A stretch of 64,000 bases of DNA from Octopus sinensis (Eukaryota), in assembly GCF_006345805.1 (NCBI RefSeq), contig NC_043004.1, positions 46,190,001 to 46,254,000 on the forward strand, given 5' to 3'. The position numbers and the translations under genes were made by a program. Position 1 is the stretch's first letter. Each line of letters starts with the position of its first letter. The notes below the pieces were generated by a model that saw only the letters and a list, made by a program, of their open reading frames with translations, was not told the DNA's origin and did not search any database. This document shows, in pieces, positions 1 to 11,416 of the stretch.

Positions 1-1245
1 ATACTTTGATTCATATGTTTTCTTCCACACTCCTAGCATGTTTATTGTTTTACGTTATCCAATTGTGCGACATCAAGTCATATGCATTTTTTATAATACA
101 ACCATGTTACATCAATCAGTCCAATCTGCTTCTGTAATTTCTGATTACCATCTTATGAACTAACGTCTGGTTTTCAGTTGCCCTAAATTTCTTCTTGCAC
201 ACCTCCTGATCCATTGAGAATCAAATCGTTACTTTCCAAATGAAGTTACAACTTTCCGAAAAGACACCAGTCATAAGCTTCCACATTGTGGCAAATTGGT
301 TATTGCTCGAAAATTTGACACCAATTTATCTTCCAAGAGATCCTCAAGTTTAAGCAACGTTCATCCACTTGTCATCCAAGCAGGGACGTGTCTCTGCTCT
401 AGGCGTCAACCAAGATATACTGCAATCCATTTATTCAACTGTGTAAAATTCAGCCAATAAGTTTGCAATCCATCCGGCTTTGTCCATTCCAGTTTCAGAT
501 ACTTTTCGACCTCAGTCTCACTGAGTACTGGCTACTCACAATGTCTTTTTGTTTCTTCATATTGGCAAGTTGTCTCTCCATCTCTGTAATCCACTCTGCA
601 CTTTCGTTATATCAAACTGAGCTGTTCCAATGTTCTCCCGCAAACGCTTTACTATTTCCGCTTTAGGAATCACTTCCGGATGTTGTCTCCTCTACATTTG
701 TTTAAAAGACATCTTGTATTTGATTGAAACAATCCATTCTGTTCAAAACTTTTGTATGTAATGTCAAATCTTTAAAACGTGCCCTTTAACGCCACCACAC
801 TTTGTGACAATTTTTAATGTGCTGTTTGTTTTGCCTCTCTTTTAATCTGTACTTTCTGTTCAAATTTCTGAGTAATGCTCCTTTGTTGAGTTTCACTCAT
901 TTTCTATTTAATTACCCCAGTTCTTTCTATGCCTTTTCCAACTTCATTCGTATTCTCTTCTTCCAGTTTGGTCCTTTCTTTTCCTTCCCTTTCCTTTCTT
1001 CAAATGTCTTTCACTTGTATCTTACTATGTCCAGCTACAGCATTAGCACTGGATATGATTAGCTCCTTTGTCTCACTTATGTATTCTGCTTCAACCGGGT
1101 CCAAAACTCCGTTTACTTTGTACTTCTGCCCAGATATATCTAACACTCAACATTTCATTGTTCACACCAAATATTTTACCCGAGGCATTTGTGTAATCTC
1201 TCTCTCTTTTCCTCGTTCGAGTCTTCTTCAACATTTATTTTCACT
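1..1245 (-). mobile_element. Degenerate R4/Dong-clade non-LTR retrotransposon, pre-RT and N-terminal RT region
   Basis: Manual minus-strand translation gives broken but ordered motifs: PNWKKRIRMKL-like, QNGLFQSN, PDGLQTYW, VPAWMTSG, SNFRAITNLP-MWKLMTG, LVHKMVIRN, YKNAYDLMSHNWI. These match the R4/Dong pattern PDG..W / P.WMT.GRT / NYRPITCLPT.WKL / DY+KAYD.VPHSWI. Many stops and frameshifts. The 5' end abuts an (ATT)n array. Confidence 0.8.
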
Positions 1246-1246
1246 C

Positions 1247-1265
1247 ATTATTATTATTATTATTA

Positions 1266-1340
<75 letters not shown>
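1247..1340. repeat. (ATT)n microsatellite
   Basis: Near-perfect trinucleotide run seen directly. Confidence 0.97.
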
Positions 1341-1341
<1 letters not shown>

Positions 1342-2195
1342 AACATTCAAGAAAATGAATTTAATAAAATAAAGAGATACCGTGTATTAGTTTATATTGA
1401 TATATTAAAAAAATATTGATTAAAATCTTACTTATAGATCGAATGAGAACACATAAGCTAATATTGTATGAAAATTTCATTGAGATCAAAGAAGTGTTAA
1501 ATGGTTGTTAAGCTAGAGCAAAATAAAACAAAAGTGCTACATACAGTAGCGTGGTTGAAATTATAAAATTAAATTCCGACTATAAGAGAAAGCAAATTTA
1601 AAATAATAAAAAAATGAGTTTGAAGAAACCGATTCTGTCCGTTCTTTCTCTTCTTACAGAGGTTCAGATGGTTTGAGGGTGGATATGCGAGAAGTTGCCT
1701 ATTCTCTATGTCTGCTCGCCACCACATAGACATTTAGCACAAGTAGCGTAACCATGGTGTATGCCATCAGTTCATACCAACTTGAAAGTGATGCATTTGT
1801 TGGTAATCTACTTAAAGTAAATATCTCTATGAGTCATATTATACGTACAATACATTTGCACTACCCTGCTTATTACTTTAGAAATAAAGGAAAAGAAGAA
1901 CCATTTCAATTTAAGCCACGACTTTCAACCAAAGATATAGTTTCTATCAAAGTCAATGTTCTGACAGAGGAATAATTCCAGTCATTTCTGAAGATCGTGT
2001 ATTTCATGTGATTGATACGGTTTACGAATAACTGTTGGGAGATCTGTTTAGGTTGCAAGCACGTTTCAACGGCCAGCGTCTACGGTTTACGTAAAATGCA
2101 TATTTTGCTAAAGAACATGTATACAGTTTTTCTGTAGTAGTTTGGTACCCTACCAACCCTACTAACTACAACCTTTGCTTACCATAATGATATAA

Positions 2196-2500
2196 ATGAT
2201 GATGATTATGATGGTGGTGATGATGATGATGATGATGATGATGATAATGATGATGATGACAATGAGGATGACGATGAGGATGACGACAATGAGGATGATG
2301 ATGACGATGATGATAACGATGATGATGAAGATGACGATGACGATGATAATGATCATGAAGATGACGATGATGAAGATGAAGATGATGACGATGATGATCA
2401 TAACGATGACGATGATGATGATGACGATGAAGAAGATGACGACGATGACGATGATGATCATGAACATGACGATGACGATGATGATGATGATGAAGATGAC

Positions 2501-2564
<64 letters not shown>

Positions 2565-2608
2565 GTAATGATGATGATGATAATGATGATGATGATGATG
2601 ATGATGAT
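2196..2608. repeat. Compound (GAT/GAC/GAA/AAT)n trinucleotide array
   Basis: About 410 bp of GAT units with point variants. Accounts for ORFs 2162..2671 and 2196..2681. Confidence 0.95.
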
Positions 2609-2835
2609 TGAATTAAGGAGGGTGGAGAGGAAGATTGCTGCTGTTGTTGCCTTTGCTAATGATGATACCAATATTAAATAATAAAAATAATAAAAACACG
2701 AATATTAAACATATCAAAGAAATAATTGCAAAGAAAATAAAACTCGTCACGGTCTAACAGGAATAATAAAAATAAAACAAGAAAATATACATAATTTTAC
2801 CAATATGAAGGCCAATAATTTCTGAAAAGCTGCAG

Positions 2836-3041
2836 ACTAATGGCTGCTCAAGATCAATATGTGACCAATAAGAACGACAAAATTAAAATAACAAGTTAGT
2901 AATGTCAACTGCAGACTGAAGCATCGACATTAACAAATAATAAACCATTTGATCTATGTCTGATCAGTCGTAGTAAAGATATAATATATTCATAGGCATG
3001 GCCGAGTAGCGAGATACATCTATTGGGCAATATGCCGAAAC
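2836..3041 (+). mobile_element. R4/Dong-clade fragment, zinc-knuckle region
   Basis: Translates as LMAAQDQYVT ... NCRL ... RHGRVARYIYWAICRN, matching the AAQDQ..CR.C..H..C..RH..VA..IHW.IC block also seen in the intact copy at 51188-51878. Confidence 0.65.
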
Positions 3042-3480
3042 TTTCACCTCAAATCTAAGCTAAAACACACATAACGAAATAAGTATCTGTTAATAGTTAA
3101 ACTACTTTATTCTAGTGAATGGTACTTACTTTAATCTGCACCATAGGGACTAGAAGTTAGAAGCTAGACAGATAAATCTAAATAAGGCAGGGACATTAAC
3201 TCAGCTATAATGTAATATTTGTAAAAGGTTATTACGTAATATGGAATGAGAATAATAGATGATATTTTAGATAATGATACTTGGAAGTATTTATTTTGTT
3301 GTTGTTGTGGCCTCTGTTAATTGTGATTGACCAGACTGATGAACAAAGGCGTTCTACTTTTGAATATCCTGCATTCATTTATATATACTTTTTCTTTGTA
3401 GACAGTTAATTTCGGGTCACTACATTAAATGTGTTCTTTTATTTCAGACGGTATATGAATGTTTTGAGAAATCAGTTTTT

Positions 3481-3522
3481 CTAGTATATATATATATATA
3501 TCATTATATGTAAATACAATAA

Positions 3523-3599
<77 letters not shown>

Positions 3600-3691
3600 C
3601 ATATATGTATATATATATATATACATATATATATACATATATAAATATACATATATATATATGCATATATATATATATATATATATGTATG

Positions 3692-3762
<71 letters not shown>

Positions 3763-3781
3763 TATTTATATATATATATAT

Positions 3782-3813
<32 letters not shown>

Positions 3814-3820
3814 CATATAA
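3481..3820. repeat. Imperfect (TA)n microsatellite
   Basis: Seen directly. Source of the YIYI-type ORFs. Confidence 0.95.
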
Positions 3821-4233
3821 ACCTGATATTATAACAGTCACCGAAAATGAATGAGCGCTCAATACAGCAGACCATTAAAATGCTTTAGTCTGCAGTCTTT
3901 GCTATATATTATTCGGTAAATGAACCGAGAGCAAGAGTAGACATATATTTGGCAGCCTAGTCCAAAAATATTTTCTCAGAGGTGTTCCAGTCAATCAACA
4001 CCTGCAAAATTCTGTATATTTTCTTTGTGAATTTTCCACCGCTGCTATAAAACCCTGTGTTGTAGTGTGTTGGCAGGTCTCAGGAATTCTTTGGTTATTC
4101 ACATCTCTTCTCATCACCCGTATTGTAACTAATCCACCGTAACTTTCAGATCCCTTAACTGCTTGTCCCTTACATCTTGCACGTCATCGCCCGCTAAATT
4201 TCTTCTATACTGTGACATGTGATTTTGTAACAG

Positions 4234-4326
4234 GTCTACTTGTGACTGTTTACATGACATCTTAAAATCATCAAACACAACGGTCTCGATTTGGTCTCCA
4301 AAAGGCTTACAGAACCTTATTCACAA
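4234..4326 (+). CDS. Candidate coding exon, unidentified (STCDCLHDILKSSNTTVSIWSPKGLQNLIH)
   Basis: Acceptor gattttgtaacAG, donor AA|GTAAGC, 93 nt, one open frame (phase 2-2). No family recognised. Confidence 0.25.
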
Positions 4327-4543
4327 GTAAGCAAAGACGAAAAATAACATTACGTGGAAGGAAATGAAGTCTCTATGTGTGCTAGGGTTTAGGGTGTGTG
4401 CTTCACCATGCGTTCGATGTTTCGATTCTCAGAACATATGGAGCGTTGTATTTTCGAACAACACACATATCTTCACGTTGCTCAATTGAATTCAGCTCTC
4501 TTATAATTTGTATCAGCCTCTGCCTAGCACAGTCCTCACTTAC

Positions 4544-4609
4544 CTCCAGATAGCAGGTCCTTAATTTTCTGATGGCTCAAATAGCGAATCCGAGAGCTGT
4601 CCACGTCAC
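4544..4609 (-). CDS. Candidate coding exon, unidentified (GDVDSSRIRYLSHQKIKDLLSG)
   Basis: Acceptor gtccttcgcgcctataacAG, strong donor GAG|GTAAGT, 66 nt, one open frame (phase 1-1). Confidence 0.3.
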
Positions 4610-6144
4610 CTGTTATAGGCGCGAAGGACAATTTGCAATAAAATTCTCATTAGCAGGTTACGATTAAATTATTTTTTTAGTGATACCAACCTAGAATTAA
4701 GATAAAACTTCTAATATAAATGCAACAGCATACATATTTTGTGAAATGAAGAAGCAGCTTAAGTATAATCAATTCCACTAAGAATCGTATCCGGAATTTT
4801 GCATTCAATGTAGAGAGTTTATTCCTAGTTTCTTGCAGAATGAACACAGAGTAAAAGAAAATTAAGTCATAATGTTATGCTATTACCAAATATGACAATA
4901 ACATAATAATGCCATTTGTGTTCTGCGGCATGTGTACTGTTGAAAAGCGGAACAAAGTATGTTCGTTGTAATTTCATAGAGTATAGAAATGAACATTTAT
5001 TCTGCTGTGAAGAAGCGACCTGAGTGTGACTGTTTCTATAGCCTCCTCTTTCTCACACGCATCACTTACATCCATCTCACTACATTACATACATACGCAC
5101 ACACGCATACACGTGTGTGTGTGTGTTTGTATGTGTGTGTTCTGGTACTCACAAACGTACACAGACATATATGTGCATAATTATTATATGCTTTCTGATA
5201 ATTTCCGTAGAAAGTTTAGATTATAAGAGTAGATTCAAGTGCGCGCATTTTAATGACACATTTTATCATGCAAATATAAATGTTCCGAGCTAAGTAGTTC
5301 TTGTGGCTTCCATCTATTATATTGATAATTTTACGTGCACGCCAGCCTCTAACATCATTACAGAAACAATGAGTGGGGGGTGACTGGGTGTAAATCTACG
5401 TATTCCTATTTCATCTTCAATTAACCGTTATACTAATGAATAATAACCATAACTAAGGCATTCTGGGAAGAAATATAATTTTTATCCAACTATCTATTTC
5501 TCTCTCCTTAATCTATATGCGAATCTATTTCTGTCTCTCTCTAGTTTTCCCTTTGTATATATGTGTATATATACATACATCTACCTGCTCATCTATGTAT
5601 CCGTGTATTCAGCCATATACTTATACAAAGACATCTGTCTATATATTTATATATATAAATCGATCATTCTCTCCCTCCCTGACTCACGCTTCCTTTCACT
5701 CTTCATGTATATGTGTGCATGTACTTATGAATAGTGAGACATGAATATAGCTATATATGCGCATAAAATATATTTATATACAGAGAGAGACAGGGATGCA
5801 CAGAAGCTATACGAGGTTGAATTTTGCCCTAATATTTAACGCTATATTCATACTTGTTTAATATATCTCCATTACATAATTACTCTTATTTCTACCATTA
5901 GCTTAAATTCATACCTTCATCTATAATGTGATTTTACTTCCTTTGTTTGCGCTTAGCTGGTTTTCGTTTGTTGTTTCTATTATCGTGTAATATTATTTGT
6001 AAGAAACTTCCATAACTCTCGTGTCATCAATTTTGCATTCAGTTCAGTTACTGCAATTATAACCTGGGTCATAATTATTTGCTATCTAATCCAAATTTAT
6101 TTTCCTACATATATATATATAGGAAGCTATTACTATCTACTGGA

Positions 6145-6462
6145 AGGCATGTAGTTTAGTGTTGTTATAGTATTCGGCTTACGATCGTAAGGTCGTGAGT
6201 TCAATTCCCGACGACGCGTTGTTTCCTTGAGCAAGACTATATTTCACGTGGCTCCAGTCCACTCAGCTGGCAAAAATGAGCAGTACCTGTATTTCAAAGG
6301 CCGAACCTTGTTACACTCTATGTAATGATGACCCTTCCTGTAAACTACGTTAAGTGTACACGTGACTGTGATGTGCTCAACCTCCTGTGTGTTAATTTCA
6401 GAAGCAGGCTATTCTTCTGCTCTGCTCAGCTGGAATACTCGACGTCGAAAGCGAGGGAGTGT
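6145..6462 (+). mobile_element. tRNA-derived SINE (here family C)
   Basis: A-box-like start (gtagtttagtg), B box gAGTTCAATTCC, then a CORE-like block ccttgagcaagac...gctccagtccactcagctggcaaaaatgag. Its 3' domain gtacctgtatttcaaagg is shared with the SINE at 19735-19960. Confidence 0.8.
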
Positions 6463-6538
6463 CAGATGTCTGAAGATTAAAGAAAAAATGGAACATTGTC
6501 ATACAAGGGTATCATGTTACCCGATGCTGACTTTTAAG

Positions 6539-6587
6539 GCAAACTGGATGATTTCTATAAATGATTTTGATGATTTTCGCTGGAAAG
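6539..6587 (+). CDS. Candidate coding exon (ANWMISINDFDDFRWK)
   Basis: Branch-like ctgac plus ttttaAG acceptor, donor AAG|GTAATG. Phase-compatible with 6700-6824 across a 112-nt intron. Confidence 0.25.
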
Positions 6588-6699
6588 GTAATGTGTCCGA
6601 GAATGCTAAGCTTATAAAATAGCAAAAACTGTCATTTGGACATTCTAAATATATACGTTTTAATGCAAATGGAACACACAATGATGGTTTCTCTTACAG

Positions 6700-6824
6700 A
6701 TGACGTTCTCGACTTCAGATTGCTGAAAGTCAACGTAGATTTTGTCAGTCAACGATGTGAAAATGTGCCGCAAAACAACTACACGAAACACAATAAGACA
6801 TATATAAATGAAGTTTCGAGATAG
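6700..6824 (+). CDS. Candidate coding exon, possibly terminal (DDVLDFRLLKVNVDFVSQRCENVPQNNYTKHNKTYINEVSR*)
   Basis: Acceptor ggtttctcttacAG. The phase-1 frame is open to the stop at 6824. Confidence 0.22.
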
Positions 6825-7120
6825 ACTGAATAAGAACGACTCAAAGGAGGTAGAAAGAAAACGCAAGAAGGTACAAAAACAATACTACAAAAGGTGAGAA
6901 GATAAATAGTTAAGAGGAAAGAATAAAAATCATTGCAAAATTAAAACGCTGAGTAGGTTAATTGCTAGAGAGAGTCATAGCGTCCTAGTTGACGGCAAAG
7001 TAACGAACCGCGTATCAATAGAAAGGGTTATATTATTTATATATTATGGAAAGTAGACGAAATGGAAGAGTTAAACTTAATAGTCAGTGACTATACCTTT
7101 CCACTAAAATAATTTGCTCT

Positions 7121-7542
7121 CTTTAACTCTCTTCTTTTACTTGTTTCAGTCATTAGATTGCGGCCATGCTGGATCACCGCCTTTAGTCGAGTAAATCGAC
7201 CCCGGGACTTATTCTTTGTAAGCCCAGTACTTATTCTATCGGTCTCTTTTGCCGAACCGCTAAGTGACGGGGACGTAAACACACCAGAATCGGTTGTCAA
7301 GCAATGCTAGGGGGACAAACACAGACACACAAACACACACACACACACACACACACACAACATATATATATATATACATATATACGACAGGCTTCTTTCA
7401 GTTTCCGTCTACAAAATCCACTCATAAGGCATTGGTCGGCTCGGGGCTATAGCAGAAGACACTTGCCCAAGATGCCACGCAGTGGGACTGAACCCGGAAC
7501 CATGTGCTTGGTAAGCAAGCTACTTACCACACAGCCACTCCT
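7121..7542 (-). mobile_element. Full-length tRNA-derived SINE (family A) with internal (TG)n/(TA)n
   Basis: Head tggctgtgtggtaag...GGTTCAGTCC, body cttgggcaagtgtcttctgctatagcc...gacggaaactgaaagaagcc, microsatellite, tail ...gcatggccgcaatctaatgactgaaacaagtaaaaga. Homologous copies at 23760, 27320, 38745, 47917 and 58077. Confidence 0.9.
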
Positions 7543-7964
7543 TGGGGGTATGAATGCTTTCATTATACAGTATTATTGTTCTAAATAAAGGATGCGAGTA
7601 ACTTGGAGTTTCTGCGGGCAATGAACGTATATGTAGCTTCTAAAGTAATGTTATAACAGGGAAACTAAATAACCAATAATTTTATGAAATGTTTTAAGTT
7701 TATGGCGGACGCTTTTACCAACGAACGTATTACGGACATAGAATATATTTTGCATTCATGTGCCCTATTCATATATTGAAACAGATTCAATATCTCTCCT
7801 CTAGTAGTTTGCCTAAAAGATGATGGGTATTATATTAATCAATGAGAAATTGGAAATATCAAAACGTAGAAATGATTGAAAGATACTATGGATATTTAAT
7901 AAATGTATGGCGTAGCTATTATGGTATTCGGGTGATCCTTCCAAGATTATAGTTTTTTCTGCAT

Positions 7965-8545
7965 CCTTATCTTCATTACAAACAACTCAATAGCTTCCAC
8001 CTAAGATGCCTGCAGCGCATTCTCCATATCAAATGGCAGGGCAGGATCATTAACACATAGGTTTTGGACCGTGTCAACATGTACAGCAAGCAAACGTCAC
8101 TCTGTTAGAGGCGTCTTCAGTGGCTAGGTCATGTCAGGACGGATTCCAAAGGACCTACTGTACGGACAGCTAGCGGAAGGCTCTAGATCAACGGGACGCC
8201 CCAAACTGCGCTTCGAGGATATCTGCAAGAAGGACCTAAAGCTATGCCAGATCAACACCTGAACATGGAAATCCGCCGCTGCCGATAGAGGCGCCTGGCG
8301 ACACAGTGTCAAGCACAGTGCCACGACAGCAGAGAACCTGAGGACTACAACTGCCAAACTAAAGAGAACCAGGCGAAAGGAGCAGCAACAGCAACCACAC
8401 CTCTCATTCCCTTTCACTTGCACCAGATGTGGTAGAGACTGCCACTCGATGATTGGTCTGCACAGCCACACCAGGACGTGCAGATAAACCCACCACCTTT
8501 TCCGAGCTACAACATCGTCACTCGAGACGGACGGATGCCGACGAT
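7965..8545 (+). mobile_element. RTE (BovB-like) LINE, 3' end
   Basis: Translates as KQLNSFHLRCLQRILHIKWQ ... RRLQWLGHV ... IPKDLLYGQLAEGSRSTGRPKLRFEDICKKDLK ... ADRGAWR ... FTCTRCGRDCHSMIGLHSHTRTCR*, followed by the RTE-type tail catcgtcactcgagacggacggatgcc. Confidence 0.92.
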
Positions 8546-8738
8546 ATCTTCATTAACAAAATTAGCCGAATCCCATGCATTTGAAGCAAGAATCCGAAAC
8601 ATGAACGTAGATTATATGAATGTATTTTGCAACAAATTTACTAAAATATTTAATGGGTTAAAACAAAAAAGTAGTTCCTGTATAAATCAATTTCGATTTA
8701 TTCATTATACGTATCTTGTACAATTTGAAAGTGCTTAC

Positions 8739-8815
8739 TTTTGAAGAGGGCAGTCATTAAAGTAGGGGATTTTCGACTTAAATTGTGAAAGAAGTGAAAT
8801 ATCACGGAAACATTG
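8739..8815 (-). CDS. Candidate coding exon (QCFRDISLLSQFKSKIPYFNDCPLQ, or an alternative frame)
   Basis: Acceptor ttttattatctcttAG, donor AA|GTAAGC. Two frames are open. Confidence 0.22.
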
Positions 8816-9558
8816 CTAAGAGATAATAAAATTAATTCACAGAAACTTATCATTTTCCAATTTGTTTAAATGTGTGGAATATTTGGCTAAGAGGTTTTAC
8901 TGAAATTTTACAGTGTTATTATGAACAAAGTTACATTAAATATGGAATCACTTTGATATTAATTGTCTGTTGAAACATACATGCAGATTGTGCATCGTTA
9001 CTTGTCGCACTAGTATTAATCAGGCACAAAGACATATCATAATGATGAAGGTAAAACCTTGATTAGGAATCCTGGTTATGAAGGAGCCATTAAATGTATA
9101 TAACTTTTGCGCAATGCATAAACTGAATGTGCATAATATGAAACATAATATTTTTTTTTAAATTGAAGAAATTAGTTAAACAATATCAAAGCTCATTATT
9201 AGATCTTCGATTGTAAAAAAAAACAAGCAAATTTACCTTCATCCAAAGAAAAAAGTCAATATAACAACTATTTATCAGAAATGACAAACTTGTTTTAAAT
9301 TAGCAACTTCTTAAGTATTTGAAGGATTTTTCATTTATAGTTGATTTTTATATTAACAAGTTCGAAAAAGGCAAGTACCATCTTCCCATCAGTGAGGGAT
9401 TAATGTTCTCTCTTCGCTCCTTTGCAACAACATGGGCTCAACTCTCCTCCCCTACTTATCTAACCCTCCTCCCTTCTCCTCTCTTCGTCTCACACATACT
9501 TCCTCCCACCCACGTCTCCTCTCTTGCTCCGACTCCTACTTCTCTTCATTCCCACTTT

Positions 9559-9660
9559 TTCTCTTCACTCCTACTTCTTCTCTTCACTCCTACTTCTTCT
9601 CTTCACTCCTACTTTTCTCTTCACTCCTACTCTGCTTCCCTCTCCTCTTCACTCCTACCC
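9559..9660 (+). repeat. About 18-19 bp minisatellite (CTCTTCACTCCTACTT..)
   Basis: Unit ctcttcactcctac recurs four times with small variants. Confidence 0.85.
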
Positions 9661-10214
9661 GCCTTCTCCCGTCGCTCCTCACTTTTTCACCCCTCCCGCG
9701 TAACCACACCCCTACACAACCCAATCCCTCCTTCCCTATCCATCACATCCAACCCTCACCCCATCCCTTACACCCACTCCGACATACTCTACCTCTAACC
9801 CCACCCTCAGCCTAACCCACATCCAACCCTTGCTTTCCGTAGTCTCACCTCCCCCACATCCCAACACCACTACACACACCGCATACCACCACACCATGCA
9901 CCACCATACCACACAAAATCACATCACATCTCACCACCATGCACACACTAGCACTGACCACTTCCCAGCTCCACACCATCATCCATACACCTACACATGC
10001 ACGCACGCACACGCCAAGGTCACCAGCTCTCTTCCACACGCACATAAATGCTCTCTTATACAACGCACGCGTACATTCGCTTTGCGATCACCACTACCTT
10101 ATTATCTCCCCTTCTTCCTAGCTGTTCTGTGTGACCCCTCTGTCATGCATTCGCCATGATAGATCGCGAGTCACTACACGTTCTTTATTTTCTCTCTCTG
10201 CTTCTTTCTGTGTT

Positions 10215-10252
10215 TCTTTCTGCGGAAGAACGCAGGCTCGAAACATTAAAGA
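10215..10252 (+). ncRNA. Hammerhead-ribozyme-like motif (variant core, degenerate)
   Basis: TCTTT / CTGCGGAA / GAAC-GCAG-GCTC / GAA / ACAT / T / AAAGA. Stem I TCTTT:AAAGA, stem II with one mismatch. Confidence 0.45.
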
Positions 10253-10341
10253 CTTTTTCACTTCCTGAGCGTTAAACTAGTACATCTGGTTGTTGTCTAC
10301 ACCACCTATCTTTGTCTATTGTTTTTTTATGTGAATTCTCC

Positions 10342-10344
<3 letters not shown>

Positions 10345-10389
<45 letters not shown>

Positions 10390-10470
10390 CGATAGATAGA
10401 TAGATTGATAGATACATACATACATACAAAGATTGATAGATAGATAGATAGATAGATACGTAGATAGATC
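10345..10470. repeat. (TA)n plus (GATA)n/(CATA)n microsatellite
   Basis: Seen directly. Confidence 0.95.
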
Positions 10471-11364
10471 AACGCAAACATGTCGAGACATAAAACTGAA
10501 ATTTTATGACGTACACAATGTCAAAGAAGGAAACGAAGACAGAAATAATTGAGTGTATACTAGATACAACCAACCTGCTAAGTTAATTGAATAACTACCA
10601 TCATCCAACCAAAACAAGGAACCTAGTTTGAAAAGAATAACAAACAACTTCTTACCCAACACCATAAATAACTGGATGGAGTGTAATAATACCAGTGACC
10701 CGGTCGCATTTTGTGCGACGAAAAGTTTGATACTAGACCATAAATGTTTGAGTGAAGCGAAGCGTCTTTGTGTATTTTTCAATGGCTAATATGTCTTGCG
10801 CCGATATCGCACCCCCTACCACCCACCACCGACCTACACAAACACACATACATTATGTACATACATACACACACACAGTCACACACACGCTCACACATAT
10901 TCATTCATATATACATACATATTGTTTTTTAAGATAAACCTTCTGATGACTAGCTTGGAGTGCGAATTTAAATTTTGTTAATTGTTTGATTGAATTTAGA
11001 AGAAAGCAAATCGGTTGTAGAATTATTATCCGATGAAAATCATTTCTCGAAGGTAAATGTTTTAATAAGAATAAAGTTGGTAATTATAAAATTGAAGTAA
11101 ACAAGTTTAATTAAATTGAAATTGACGTGTGTGTCTCTCTTTCTTTTAATAGTCGCAAGTATATGAGCAAAACAAAAATATGTAGAAACGTGGGTGGATG
11201 CAGGCATCAAATATTTATGAATAGACAGTTTCGCATGTATATATGAGTAAGACCGAGAGAAAAATGACTATTCTTAATGTAAAATTCATAATATACAGAA
11301 GGAAGTCAATTTTGTCACCCAATAACCAAAGAGATTATACTTAGTAATTACACGATTTACTTAC

Positions 11365-11416
11365 CCACTGTTTTACACAAATGCGAATATACCTAAAAAT
11401 CTTGTAGACAGAAAGA
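11365..11416 (-). CDS. Candidate coding exon (LSVYKIFRYIRICVKQW)
   Basis: Long pyrimidine tract with cattcAG acceptor (alternative AG at 11393), donor TGG|GTAAGT. Confidence 0.22.

Larger units (their letters stand above)
9365..10345 (+). mobile_element. Penelope-like element 3' portion: end of GIY-YIG ORF, low-complexity spacer and pLTR
   Basis: 9405-9445 reads LMFSLRSFA(T)HGLNS with a 1-nt insertion, resembling the PLE endonuclease C-terminal F.L....P.GLN. Then a C/T/A-rich tract and a terminus homologous to 59400-59575 that contains a hammerhead-like motif and ends at (TA)n. Confidence 0.55.

Noticed and set aside
1659-1803. Strong plus-strand acceptor (ttctttctcttcttacAG)
   Set aside because: All frames hit stops before a good donor; cannot be supported as coding.
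7480-7542. tRNA-like sequences with A/B boxes (also at 6145, 32718, 37380, 47917, 58077)
   Set aside because: They continue directly into multi-copy SINE bodies and lack a complete cloverleaf, so they are SINE heads and not tRNA genes.
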